DNA of 64,000 nucleotides from Craspedostauros australis (Eukaryota): the NCBI GenBank assembly GCA_030167865.1, contig JALAGF010004961.1, positions 1 to 64,000 of the forward strand, in the 5' to 3' direction. Position 1 is the stretch's first letter. Every line of letters starts with the position of its first letter. The position numbers and the translations under genes are program-made. The notes below the pieces were generated by a model. That model was not told the origin of the DNA and made no database searches. It was given only the letters and a program-made list of their open reading frames with translations. Positions 11,652 through 23,900 of this stretch are shown here, piece after piece.

Positions 11652-13781
11652 ATGATGAGATCAATCGCACCCATGCGACTGTCAGGAGGGCTCACCACGC
11701 AGATCTTGCGAGGCAGAAAGCGTTCGATACCAGCATGGTTGCCTTCATACGTGCCAAGGACCGCCCCTGTGGCAACAATGGTTGGAGCGCATTCGTACAG
11801 CCACTTGGCCGCACCCACATCTCCTCTCCAAGCAACCGACGGCACGACGACCAAAGGAGCTCACGTCCAGAAATCGTTTGACTACATCATCTTGGGTGCA
11901 GGATCCGCGGGTTGCGTCTTGGCAAATCGCATCCTCGAGCCAAATCGCCATGACAACGACACCGTGATGTTGATGGACGCAGGATCGCACGGCGCGCTGG
12001 GAGGACGCAAATCTTTGAGCACGAATCCGCTGGAGTTTTGGAAGTTCGCCATGCCAAGTGCGTTGACGGAAAATCTGGGGCCCACGGCCGACAAGGCCAA
12101 CTGGCTGTTTCAGACGACGCCGCAAACAAATCTCAATGGAAGATGCATCGAACAACCGCGCGGCAAGTGTCTTGGTGGCTCCTCCAACCTCAATGCGATG
12201 GTGTATGCGCGGGGGCATCCGCAAGATTTTGAGCGGTGGCATGCCGACGATATGAAGCCGTTGCTGGAGGATGGCGATCTTGACGAACAGATCGATTGGG
12301 ACTATGCCAGCGTGTTGCCGTACTTCAAACGAGCTCAGCGCGATGCGACACCATCGCCTCCGGTGCCCAATTACGAGCATTCCTCTGCGACTTCTCAAAG
12401 CGGCAGCAGCAACAACAACGATGGCTATGACAGCAATGCCTCCACCGCCGATCTCATGCGCTACAAAGGTACGGACGGCCCGCTGGTTGTGACGAACGGG
12501 GCCAAGTTTTCGACGCAGACCTATCCTGGCAAGCCGAATCTGTTGGACCGATCCATCCTCTTTGACAAATTCGTGGAGGCAGGTATGGCAGCAGGTTACC
12601 CGTACACACCCGACTCCAACGGATACCAGACGGAAGGATTCGGCCCGCTCGATCAGACTGTCAGCGAGACCGGTGAACGCTGTTCGACGGAGCGCGCCTA
12701 CCTATCGCCGCTCTTGGATGATAGCGGCAAGCCGAAGGATCCGGAACGCTTCGCTCTGAGTCCTAACTGCCACGCGCTGCGAATCCTGTTCGATGGATCC
12801 AAAGCAATTGGCGTCGAGTACTGCAACACAAAGACGGGCGAAATCGAAACGGCGTACGCCGAGAAGGAGGTCATCGTGTCGTTGGGTGCGATAGGATCGC
12901 CGCAGCTGCTGATGTGTTCGGGCGTCGGGCCCGCAGATCATCTGAAGGAGAACGACATCGACGTCGTGATGGATCATCCGATGGTGGGAGCCAACCTGCA
13001 GGATCATTTGGAGTTCTACATGCAGTACATGTGCAAGCAACCCGTGACGTTGTTCCCCGTTGGAAATTGGATGCCAACTCCGTGGTACAGAATCATGGTG
13101 GGCCTCGAATGGTTCCTGCGCGATGGTTCAGGACTGGCGGGCAGCAACCAGTTCGAAACGGGAGGATTCATCCGCAGCCGTGCTGGTATCGACCATCCCA
13201 ATCTGCAGTACCACTTCGTGCCCGGGGCCGTGGAAGAACAGTCCGAATTCCTGCCGTTCCATGCATTCCAGGTGCACTGCGGGTCGTTGCGACCCAGCAG
13301 CCGTGGCACCATCCGCTTGACCAGCAAAGATAGCCGCGAGGCTCCTCTGATCGATCCCAACTACCTGGATACGGAAGAGGACGTTCGAGATTTGCGAGAC
13401 GGCTTCAAACTGACGGAGGAGATCATCCAAACGCAGCCCATGGATGCGTACCGCGGCGAGGCGCTGTACAAGGATCAGGTGGATACGAGCAACGATGACA
13501 GCATCGATGCGTGGATCCGCAACCACTCCCATTCGGCGTACCATCCATCCTGCACGTGCGCGATGGGCAAAGTGACGGACACCGCAGGACGCGTTTTCGG
13601 CATGGATGGTCTGCGCGTGGTCGATGCCAGCCTCATGCCGACGATGACGAGCGGCAACCTGAACGCCCCCACGATCATGATGGCTGAGAAGATCGCGGAT
13701 CATGTTCTGGGCAACGCGCAGCTGCCGAAGGAATCCGCCGATTGGTTCCTACATCCGCAATGGGAGACGGAGCAGCGGTAG
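11652..13781 (+). CDS. CHDH: Choline dehydrogenase (GMC oxidoreductase, BetA/CHDH-like), probably mitochondrial
   Basis: FDYIILGAGSAGCVLANR FAD-binding motif, PRGKCLGGSSNLNAMVYARG, NLQDHLE, AYHPSCTCAMG, SGNLNAPTIMMAEK; Arg/Ser-rich N-terminal presequence. Confidence 0.88.
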   Translation: MMRSIAPMRLSGGLTTQILRGRKRSIPAWLPSYVPRTAPVATMVGAHSYSHLAAPTSPLQATDGTTTKGAHVQKSFDYIILGAGSAGCVLANRILEPNRHDNDTVMLMDAGSHGALGGRKSLSTNPLEFWKFAMPSALTENLGPTADKANWLFQTTPQTNLNGRCIEQPRGKCLGGSSNLNAMVYARGHPQDFERWHADDMKPLLEDGDLDEQIDWDYASVLPYFKRAQRDATPSPPVPNYEHSSATSQSGSSNNNDGYDSNASTADLMRYKGTDGPLVVTNGAKFSTQTYPGKPNLLDRSILFDKFVEAGMAAGYPYTPDSNGYQTEGFGPLDQTVSETGERCSTERAYLSPLLDDSGKPKDPERFALSPNCHALRILFDGSKAIGVEYCNTKTGEIETAYAEKEVIVSLGAIGSPQLLMCSGVGPADHLKENDIDVVMDHPMVGANLQDHLEFYMQYMCKQPVTLFPVGNWMPTPWYRIMVGLEWFLRDGSGLAGSNQFETGGFIRSRAGIDHPNLQYHFVPGAVEEQSEFLPFHAFQVHCGSLRPSSRGTIRLTSKDSREAPLIDPNYLDTEEDVRDLRDGFKLTEEIIQTQPMDAYRGEALYKDQVDTSNDDSIDAWIRNHSHSAYHPSCTCAMGKVTDTAGRVFGMDGLRVVDASLMPTMTSGNLNAPTIMMAEKIADHVLGNAQLPKESADWFLHPQWETEQR

Positions 13782-14607
13782 CAGCAGGGCGTGCGGTTAT
13801 TGCGATAGCAACACGACGAATCACATAATAGCTCCAGAGAACATAACCTTGGGGTAAGAGATCGCACAAGCTACGACTATTCATTCCACCCACATCCTAG
13901 ACTTCTTCTCATAGAATAGATTCTCATCGAACACGGTAGTTCCGAAAAGGAAAGCTCTGAACTCCTCGCTTGTCCGTATCTCAGAAACGCACAACATGCA
14001 AGTACTTGTGCCCACGTTCTCGACTCCTCATCCATGTGCGTTCCAAGATTGAACATCGGTGGGAAATGCCGAGGCTGGAGTCGTGGAGGTTGGCGATCAC
14101 ACACAAAGAGGCACGACTAAGAAATTTGAATGAGCGTGGGGAGATCTTGTTCACATCATTCCATTCATGTCAACGCAGCAAACAGATACGATTGCATGCT
14201 CAGGAGGTCCACGGCGATGCATGAACGCATACATGTGTGCATAGCATAACGGCACAGAAGCACACATCACACGGAGATGGAGACACGATGTGGGAACACG
14301 CGGAAAGAGCGAGATGAATGCATGTACTCTGCACGTTGGTGACACGAATGTATGATTGGGTGCACGCTCATCGAGGCATGATCGGACGGGAATATGTGGT
14401 CAGTGTTGCATGTGCTCATGGCCGACTTCACACTTTCTCATTTCGGTCTCGAGCAGCTCTCTCCAGAGACAGAGAGAGACAGAACACAGCAGGAACAGGC
14501 GACGGCAGCATCAACCATAACGATAGCCCCATCGTCCATTGTCCACAAACACACACGCATTCTCGTGCATAGATCGGCCAAAGCGCGGAAGCTCACAGAC
14601 AATCCCA

Positions 14608-16605
14608 ATGATGGACTCCTACTACAGCTCGTATCAACGCGCGGCATGCCTCTTCCTGTTGCTGGCATCATGGGCATTGGGGCAGCAGACACCGCAGGCG
14701 ACCGTCAATGACATCGCCGTCCTTTCCTCGCCGTTCGCACTCGAGCTCACCGATGTGCCGCCGGATCTCGACGTGGTTTCCGAAGGCATCGTGGAGACCA
14801 CCATCCTGGACTTTATCACGAAGGCGCTGCAAGACGGCAACGAGACGGAGATTGTGCTGGAGGATGTGCGGTGGCTGTACTACGACTATCTGCGGACCAA
14901 CACCATGATGGCGCAGACGATGGAGCATGCCATCATCGTCTTTCGAACGTTGGTCGTATTCCGTGACGTCGCAGCCGAAGATCGCAACGCCACCAGCTCC
15001 GATGCCACGCGATTCATCGTGGACGATGCCATCACCGAGACGTTCTCATCGCCATCCTCCAAGCGCGCCTTTGTCGCAGCGTTGCAAGCCTCCAACGATC
15101 CATCGCTCACGGCGGCGTCCGAACCAACCATCGGCGTCTACGAGCCACCGCAAGACGTGCCGGGCGACAATCGCGCAGGCCCCGATAATGACGACGACGA
15201 CGGCCGGCCCCTCGCGGCGTGGGAGATTGCGCTGATCGCGGCATGCTGCGTCATCTTCTGCGCCATGCTGTGCAGCATCCTACAGCATCATCACGACCAG
15301 AGCAAGGCGCTGTACTTGGAAATGGGAGACGACAGCAACTCCACAGCCACCGTGGCCAAGGCGCCGTCCGTGACGAACGACGACGTGTCCGTGGAGGACG
15401 AGTTGGATTACACGGCCGGGCGGTACGCCGATGTGGAGACGGGCACGGTGTGCACGCCGGTCATCACGGATCCGCATCAAGCCGAAACGCCCAAGATGAC
15501 GAACACGCGGCTCATTGAGCCGTTGGAACGACCCGACGAGATCAGCGCGGATGTTTACAGCAATCTGTATTCCCAATTCCGTAGCAAGGGTGACGATGAT
15601 GAGAGCAGCAGTGATCGTGGCATCCAGTTCCGCAGCCGACGCAGCGTGAGCGACGAGCAGCTGATGCACAGCTCGAACTTGCTGGGCATCGCGCCGCAGA
15701 TGCTGGATTCGCAGATGGAAGGCTTCAGCGACGACATGGATGATATCCCTTTGGATGATCCGGACGATGGCAGTGACAGCATGGTGGATAACCGAACGAA
15801 GAGCTCGCTGACGGGGCGTTCGTCATCGTCTCAAGATGTGGATGACAACGACGATGAAGATCTCTCCATCCTCACCGAAAGCCTGGCAAGCGTCGTCTCT
15901 TTGGAGAAGGATGCCGAGACAGTGTACGGTCCCGATTACTACGACGACGAAGGAGGCAGCGGGATGTGTGCGTCCGAAAGCGACGACATCCTATCCTCGT
16001 TGACGGACCAGAGCTTGGAGAGTTTGAAGCCGGAGGAGCACGATCACAAGGAGAACTGGTTTCGGGAAACGAGGGTGAAGCATGCCCTGGCGCAACAACG
16101 GCAACAGCGAGAACAGGCGAAGCAGCAAGAAGAGGAACAACAGCAAGAACAGAAGGAGGATGAGATGCATGAGCAAAAGACGCCAAAAGACACAGACCAC
16201 GTGGATCACGTGGACAACATGTCGACCATCTTTCATGTGGACGCCGCCGAGTACACAGGCGATGGGCAAAGCCAGATGAGCGGCATGTCCAACGTTGCCA
16301 AGTGGCTCGATAACATTCGCGTGGTGGGACGCGACAACCGCCGCCGGCAACAGGCGACTGCGGGACGGCGAGCGAAAGCGAACGACACCCAAGTATCTTC
16401 CAAGACCTCCAAGGAGCACACGTCCATCGAGTCGCCGGGCGTTGTTGACCATGTTGATGTTGATCATCACCATGGCGATGATGACGAAGAGGAACACTCC
16501 TTCAATCCCCCAACCAAGCACGGCAAGAACGAAGACGACGATACCGTGTCCTTGGAAGCCTCACTGGAACACTCGTTGGCGGCATCTTGCGTGTGTTTGT
16601 CATGA
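14608..16605 (+). CDS. Hypothetical type-I single-pass membrane protein with long acidic/Ser-rich cytosolic tail
   Basis: Long ORF with coding-like codon usage. Signal-like AACLFLLLASWALG, ~180 aa globular-looking ectodomain, TM segment EIALIAACCVIFCAMLCSIL, D/E/S-rich tail with a short Q/E coiled coil. Confidence 0.7.
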   Translation: MMDSYYSSYQRAACLFLLLASWALGQQTPQATVNDIAVLSSPFALELTDVPPDLDVVSEGIVETTILDFITKALQDGNETEIVLEDVRWLYYDYLRTNTMMAQTMEHAIIVFRTLVVFRDVAAEDRNATSSDATRFIVDDAITETFSSPSSKRAFVAALQASNDPSLTAASEPTIGVYEPPQDVPGDNRAGPDNDDDDGRPLAAWEIALIAACCVIFCAMLCSILQHHHDQSKALYLEMGDDSNSTATVAKAPSVTNDDVSVEDELDYTAGRYADVETGTVCTPVITDPHQAETPKMTNTRLIEPLERPDEISADVYSNLYSQFRSKGDDDESSSDRGIQFRSRRSVSDEQLMHSSNLLGIAPQMLDSQMEGFSDDMDDIPLDDPDDGSDSMVDNRTKSSLTGRSSSSQDVDDNDDEDLSILTESLASVVSLEKDAETVYGPDYYDDEGGSGMCASESDDILSSLTDQSLESLKPEEHDHKENWFRETRVKHALAQQRQQREQAKQQEEEQQQEQKEDEMHEQKTPKDTDHVDHVDNMSTIFHVDAAEYTGDGQSQMSGMSNVAKWLDNIRVVGRDNRRRQQATAGRRAKANDTQVSSKTSKEHTSIESPGVVDHVDVDHHHGDDDEEEHSFNPPTKHGKNEDDDTVSLEASLEHSLAASCVCLS

Positions 16606-17133
16606 ACCGACACGGGACAATACTCCGCACACACGACTAGAATTTGCCGTTGACATAGTATTTGGATGGAGACGTTAAACGCGACTCATCGCACACGACT
16701 AACCCTAGAAAATCATCCGTTTGAACAAAACGAAGTGTCGCAGAATTGTCTCAGGCTTCGTTCTTTTAGCGCACGCGCGTTGGACGCAACTCAACTGACC
16801 CATGTGGCACTCGAAATGGCGCGGCAGCACGCAGTCGTTCCTGTCAACACTTGGCGAAGAGACCCGCCAAGACAAACACGCTATGAGGGCATCCCACACA
16901 GCCAGAGGCAGAGAGAGACACGGAAGTAAGAACCTCTCAGCTGGGACACAATACATTCGTTTCGTGCCGAATCATCCCGCATCTGCTGCCATCAGAACAA
17001 TCAAGAACAGAAGAATCTTCGGCTCTTGGCTGCTGCTGGGTGACAGGTATCCGAATGCCATAGCTCGTATTCGGCGCACATCTGAGAGTACCCCAACTGA
17101 GAACAGAACAGGGAAACAGAACAGCAGAGGACC

Positions 17134-18627
17134 ATGATGCGAAGGATACGCGACGGCGCCATGGTGACGACCACAGCGTGCGCGGTTCTCATGGTGATCG
17201 TCGCGACGAGCTGCGTGCTGAGCACAAAGGCTTCTTTGACGGAAGACACAAGTCAGGGCTCCAACGCTGACTCTCCCACCACCACTGCATCCACGGCAAC
17301 TGCATCCACAAACACGATAGCCATGGCCAAGATCTCCATGTCCGCGCCCACCAACAACCAGCCCACGGACATGCCCGTGGGCATCGATCGCTTCGATGAA
17401 CCTCATGAGGGTGCTGGAGGTCTCTCCGAAGCTCTCTTCGCTTGCTACGCCATCGTTTCCCTCTTGTTCACCGTGGTGTCCATGCGTGTTGCGCGCTCAC
17501 GGTCCAGCAACGATCATCAAACGACTACGCAGGAGACGACAGCAGCAGCAACAGCAGCAACAGACATTGTTCGCAGTCAGAGCAGCGGCCTCAGACAGAG
17601 GGAATGCAGCAGCGACTCCATCATGTCAATGGCAACCGCAGCAACCTCGAATGCATCAGCCTCAGCGTTGACAACAGCATCATCAACACCTCCCACGAAA
17701 CATGCTTCCGCTTGGCCGGACTCCTTCTCGCATGCGCTGCCTTGGCAGGCGTTCTCATTAGGCGGGATCGCCGTCTCAACATCGCTCCTGTTCCAAGCCG
17801 CGGACACCAAGCTCTGGGCATCCGCTGTCGCCGTCGTTGTCGCATGGTCCGACCAGTACAGCCTGGCGCTGGAGACCTCCCCCATCATCACCAAGTCTGT
17901 CACGTCGGCGGTCATTGGGATCATAGGGGACTTTGGCGCGCAGTGGATCGAGCACATCCTGACATCGACGCACGATGATCATCAGCACCCACCAGCGTCA
18001 TCCGTTGTCACATCTGCTGCCATTACTACCACTCCCACAAACAACCACACTCACACCAACACAAACAACAATCAAGACCAAGAACGTGAGCATACGCATG
18101 CACATGGACACAGCAACAACGACTCCAGGGGCAATACGAGTACCAAGGGACGGTTCCACTTCCTGGATTTACGTCGAGGTTGGGCCTGCGCGGTCGACGG
18201 GCTCCTGCTCTCAGGTCCTATCCTCCACTACGCCTACGATCTGCTCGAGTACATGATCCCCATCGAGGAGGGCGACGGCTCCTCCTTCGCTGCCCTGCTC
18301 CACGTCCTCATCAACGACTTCTTCCTCGATGCCATCTTCGTCGCCATCCTCTTCGTCTCGACGGCCGTCCTGGAAGGCTGTGCGCACGACCTGCGAAGGC
18401 AGATGGCCAACGACTACCTGCCGGCCGTCAAGGCCAGCATCATCTCCAGCGTCGGCCTCTTCCCCATAGAGTTCCTCTGCTTCCGCTTCCTGCCCCTCGA
18501 CTTTCGGGTGCTCAGCATGAACTTCATCGACATCATCTGGGGTGCCATGATCAGCTACATGGCACATCGATCCAGGGGCAAGGCACCAACCATGACCACT
18601 CCGCAGGATGCATGCAAGGCTGATTGA
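17134..18627 (+). CDS. Mpv17/PMP22 family protein, paralogue of 8506-9906
   Basis: PIITKSVTSAVIGIIGDFGAQ, GPILHYAYDLLE, FPIEFLCFRFLPLDFRVLSMNFIDIIW align by eye with the 8506 protein; long Thr/Ser-rich N-terminal extension with hydrophobic segments. Confidence 0.8.
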   Translation: MMRRIRDGAMVTTTACAVLMVIVATSCVLSTKASLTEDTSQGSNADSPTTTASTATASTNTIAMAKISMSAPTNNQPTDMPVGIDRFDEPHEGAGGLSEALFACYAIVSLLFTVVSMRVARSRSSNDHQTTTQETTAAATAATDIVRSQSSGLRQRECSSDSIMSMATAATSNASASALTTASSTPPTKHASAWPDSFSHALPWQAFSLGGIAVSTSLLFQAADTKLWASAVAVVVAWSDQYSLALETSPIITKSVTSAVIGIIGDFGAQWIEHILTSTHDDHQHPPASSVVTSAAITTTPTNNHTHTNTNNNQDQEREHTHAHGHSNNDSRGNTSTKGRFHFLDLRRGWACAVDGLLLSGPILHYAYDLLEYMIPIEEGDGSSFAALLHVLINDFFLDAIFVAILFVSTAVLEGCAHDLRRQMANDYLPAVKASIISSVGLFPIEFLCFRFLPLDFRVLSMNFIDIIWGAMISYMAHRSRGKAPTMTTPQDACKAD

Positions 18628-19173
18628 ACTTGCGCATGCAGGCGAACCACTTTGTCTCTTCGAACGAGAACCGGCACAAGCCTACACCCACCTGCCAACA
18701 AAATCAATCAAGATGAGGACCATACTTAGTCGAGCACTCGATTGTATAGCAGAGTATTGTTTCTCTACTCACTCCACTAATGTTCCATCGTGCAATATGA
18801 GACACTGCTATTATATGAACGGCATACATTTCGGTGCATTGCATGGAAGCACAAAGGTGAAAGTCATGTCCGTCGTTTGCTTCCGTCTGCGAGCCACCTA
18901 TGACATGCCTTGTTACGTGCCGAAAAAGTGAGTTGGCGCCAGATCATGATTGAACGCTCCAATCCAGTCATGTATGACGTATGCCAGCCAATCAACACAG
19001 TGTCCACGTCACAGCCACCCAACAAAAATGGCCACCGATGTGATCCAGAAAGGCACCGGATGAGATTGTGGACGCACTTCGTTGATCGCATCACATCACA
19101 TCACAATCTTCCATTCCACTCTTGCTCCAACACTCTCTGCTCTGCTCCAACACTACGAGTATACCGCACCACC

Positions 19174-20430
19174 ATGTCCACCTCCCAAGACCGCCAGAAG
19201 AAGTTCGTGCAGGCCGCTTCCTCGTCGTCCGTCTACACGACAGAAGAGAAGAAGGACTACTACGAGACGCTGGATCAGGTCCTCGAGGACAAGTGCAAGG
19301 ATGCCCAGCTGCAGCAGGTCCTGCGCGACATGCTCGACGTCTGCGCAGAGATCACCGATGCCCTGCGCATCCATCTCGTCACCGTCGAAGGCACGGCCAA
19401 CGATTTCGGGGATTCGCAGCTCAGTGTTGATGTACGTGCGTGATATACATGCGTGATGTGATATACGTGCGTGATGTGGCTGCACTCTCCGATTGCGGGA
19501 ACTTGATACTGTTCTGCACGTGTGCCATGATGCGCAATCACGTGCTAGTACATTCCCGACTTGTTGACACCACGTGCAATTCATTCATCGACTCTGCGTC
19601 GCTCACCATCTCACGCATACGACGTGATCAATTCACCACTCTACAATCCGCAGATGGTCGCCGACAAGCTCATTTGGGACGCCGTCAAGAAATCCGCCGT
19701 GATCCGCGAAGGTGCGTCGGAGGAGGACCCGATCGTGCGCAACGTCGATGAGGGCGGTCAAGGCGAGTACACGGTGTGCTGGGACCCGCTCGACGGATCC
19801 TCCATCGTCGACAACAACTGGGCCGTGGGCACCATGATGGGCGTGTGGCCCAAGAGGACCGGCTTGATCGGCGCCACAGGACGCGACCAGGTCACGTCGT
19901 TGGTGGCCTTGTACGGTCCGCGCACGACCGTGCTCGTGGCGCTGGACGATGGCACGTACGAATTCACGTACGGCTGCAAGGCGCCGGGGCACAGCAAGCC
20001 GGAGCCGTGGATCTGCTCGCGGCACAAGATCGAGATCAGCGCCGATACCAAGATCTTTTCGCCGGCCAACTTGCGCGCGGCGCAGGATCTTTCGGGGTAC
20101 CGCGAGCTGGTGGACTACTACATGACGAACCGCAAGACGCTGCGGTATACGGGCGGTATGGTGCCGGATGTGTACCAGCAGTTCACCAAGAATCAGGGCG
20201 TGTTTTGCAATCCGACGTCGGACAAGAGTCCAGCCAAGTTGCGTCTGGCGTTCGAGGCGGCTCCGTTCGGGTACCTGGTGGAAAAGTCCGGCGGCAAGAC
20301 TTCGGACGGAGTCACAGGCGGCTCCATCTTGGATGTGCAGATCAATGCCGTCGATCAGCGCACCGCCCTGTGCTTGGGATCTTCCAACGAGGTCAATCGT
20401 TTCAATGAGATGCTGAATTTGGCCAAGTAA
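19174..20430 (+). CDS. SBP: Sedoheptulose-1,7-bisphosphatase (FBPase/SBPase family), 2 exons, ~344 aa, no plastid presequence
   Basis: Exons 19174-19431 and 19654-20430; intron 19432-19653 (GTACGT...CGCAG) yields NDFGDSQLSVD/MVADKL. Motifs DPLDGSSIVDNNWAVGT, TGRDQV, YGPRTT, FSPANLRA, LRYTGGMVPDV, AKLRLAFEAAP are SBPase-type. Confidence 0.88.
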
Positions 20431-20901
20431 GATCATATTACTCGTAGTCGAAGGTAGAACAGAGCACGCCGTTTTGTGAAGAGGTCGTACCGTGGCGTGA
20501 GCGCGATCTACAGTCGATTCCCGTTCAGCCATGCTGTTTGCATTGAACTGGGATGTAGCACGTATCATATGTACTTGGACATACAAATGGCAATGGAAAC
20601 CGATGCGTACGAAGACGAAGGTCGATTGATAACATGGAGCAATGTAGGTGTTCTAAATGTTACAGAGTACAGAACCTTCGTTTGATGACGTGAATAGAAT
20701 GCGGCTCTTGGCCAGAGGGCCACGATCCCGGGCGCTCGCATGACGGGGATGGGCGGTCTTTCATTCTAGTATCTGCCCACTCGTTGTTGCAGTCTCTCGT
20801 CTTGTGATTGTTTCATCTTGTTGGATGGTGGTGTCCGATTCGTGCAATGATTGATCTGCGAATGCGTCCAGCAAGCACGACGGGGGTGCCGCCACTACAA
20901 C

Positions 20902-23900
20902 TCAAGAATCAGAGGGATTGTGATCGTCATCGCCACCGCCACCGTCACTGACATCTTCGTCGTCGCTGCCTGCACCTGCGGCTTGTTGGCAGGAAAACAT
21001 TTCAAGCAGAATTGCATTCCTCGCTTCTCCCGCACAGCTTTCTCCGAAGTAAAGCTCGATGGTGTCTCCATCCGTCGCCAATGTATCAAGTGTCATTTGA
21101 GGAAAGACGTCCTGAATGAACATGATAGCATCGCCGGTGCTGACGTGATCACCAAGTGGTTCCGTCCCTCCTTCCGGGGAAACATCCATCCCAACACGAA
21201 ACTCGAAGCTATCCTCCGGGTTCCTGGCGCTGATCCTGCGCATCATCTCGCACAATGTTCCTGCGTACTCTTGCCGCAGCGCCACAGTGTTGTGTTCTGT
21301 GGGTTGGATGCGGCGGACGAGAGCGAACCATAAGTTGTCGCTCTCTGGGTTGGTTGTGTCTGCGCTACGGGGGATGTTGTGATCATCGGGATCGCAGCGT
21401 GCGAGGATGCTGTGGATGTTGAATTCCTGCTGGAGCGCTTGTGAGCGTTCAAGCTCGGTGAAAAGCTGCTCCAATGGAGGTTGCTGGTCTTGGTCTGTGG
21501 CCTTGAAATAGACCAAGATCTCTCCAGAGTCTGTCCCTGCCGACACAGCCTCAACCACTTTCATATCTCCGCCGCTCACCATGCGCGTCTTACCCCACCA
21601 AAAGTCATCCATGTGGAGGAACGCGTACAGTGGAATGACGAAGTAGAGCGTTGGAATGCCAAACATCACGTACATGATGAACCAGAAGAAGTAGCCCCAC
21701 CGAGCCAAGATCAGGGGCGGAAGCATCATCAGGATGAACGTCGCAGTGCAGAAGTATAACACGAACGTGTCGATCGTTTCGGGCTGAGTGGCAAAGAGAT
21801 ATCCCAGGTATCCGAGGTAGGCGATACTGGCCGGAAGGATCATGGTGGCGAGCAGATCTGCGATCACGATGGTCTTCATGGAAATGCAGCAGATACCGCA
21901 CATCGGCTCCACCTTCAACAACTCGAACATGTTGTGGAGTGTGGAGTTGATCCATCGACGACGTTGGCTCAGCAAGATGGAGAAGGTGTGTGGGACGATG
22001 ATCCAGCAGATGGCTTCTGGGACGAGACTCAGCTTCATTCCGGGGAAATGCTGCAACAGCAGCGTCGTGAGCGTGCGATCTTCTCTGATCTCGTAGAGGT
22101 TCTTCTCGTGAAGCGATTCGATGTCGTTGCGGAAGTACTTTTGGACGATGATGTCGGCGGAGATCAAGGGGTTCATGTCTTCGGTGAAAAGTCGGTACAT
22201 GGTGAAGCAGCCTGGGAGACATGTGACGCAACCGAACACAGACTCGAAGGCCTTCTTCATGTGATGGCTTGAGAAGTACTCGAAGACTTGCATCATGGTG
22301 ACCCACGATTGCGCTTTGTTGTCGATTTGGACTTCTCCGCAGCAGGCGAGGACGGTCTTGTTGCGCTTGAGGTGGTAGACCATGTGCTGCATGGCCATGC
22401 GGTGTACGCGGGTGTCGGCGTCGATGGCCATCATGTACTCGATGTCCTTCAGCGGAATGCCGAGTTGCTCAAGCTCGCGCTTCACGACATTATCCAGCTC
22501 GCCTGGCTCACGGTTGTATTGCATGCGATTTAGCATGCCCGTGATCACGAGCTGAGAGTCGCGCCTTCCTCTCCTACCGGCTCGGCAAGTGCCACGTTCT
22601 GCCATCGATCCTTGCTTGACGAGGACCATGTACTTGAGGCGTCGCGTTCCGTTGCCGATCTTCTTTTCGTACACTCCTGCGTAGACAGAGATGTAGTTTC
22701 TCGTGTTCTTTCCCAGGCTTTTGTATTCGTATGCCTCGTCCATGCAATCGAATTCGAAACCGAGGATCTGGCCAAGGATCTCTGGTGTGCTGGCGGTTGC
22801 ACCATATCCGGTGATGACACCGTCAGCCACAACGGTCAGAACCTTGTTCTCCTCAGGGTAGTCATTCAAGAGAACACTATCGATGGCCTTGAGGAGTTCC
22901 TTGCCCGTTTCATTGTAGCATGGCACCATGATCATGACAGCGGCTGACTTGTCCTCATCCGCAAAGTGCGGGTGGCGGCGTGCCAGGTAGTGGAGGGAGC
23001 AGAAGACCTGGATGAGCATCATGAAGGTGACGACGAAGAGAAGGAAGTACATGGCGATACCGATGTTGGAACAGATGCCGTCATAACGATCATCCACGCG
23101 GGCATGGTAGAACATCATGTCCATGCAGTTCTTGTAATCGTTGGTGTTGAACAAGTCGTTGTAAAGTGCCGTCGCATCGTCACCGAGCCTGTTGATGATA
23201 ATTGTATGGAGCTGTTCGACGAGATAGGCATTTGGGTGGGAGTGTTCCTTTGAAATGATCTTGGTCTTTTCGTCGCTGTGAGAGTAAATGCAAGGGTTGC
23301 AAGAAGCGTTAGCTTGGATCAGATCTTGTTTGCAAAGCACATGCCAACAACAACAACATCAACATCAAACTTACCGCAACCCATCGATGTACTGTGTGAC
23401 GTCGTAAATGGTCTTGTCAATAAGGAGGTAGTTCATGGCTTCATCCTTACCAAGGTTCCCTGGTGCGAAAACCAACTCTCCTTCCTGATATCCACTAAGG
23501 ATGCTGTGTACACCTTCGCGGCCGATGACGTTGGTGTGACAGTAGGTCTCGTCCAATGCATTATCTTCGTCGCTGATGTTTGGACAGCCCACATCGCTCA
23601 CCAGGGACGAGTGCTTCTCGATATCAAGGCAGACCGTGGGGAGTGCAGCTGGAGGTGGACGTGGAAAGAAACGGGATACATCCTGACCCAGGTAGTCGCG
23701 GATGCTATGTGAGCTGCCACGATGCTTGCCGATGTATTGCTTGACGTCGTAGATGGCACCAAAGATCACAATCCAGGCCTCGCCTCTTAGTTCACCAATG
23801 TCTTTTTGTGTGTACAAGTCGGATGGTGGGCACAAGAAGATGGGGAGGAAGCCGATGCCACCCACAATCGCGAAAGAGACGAACAGAATGATAAGGCAGA

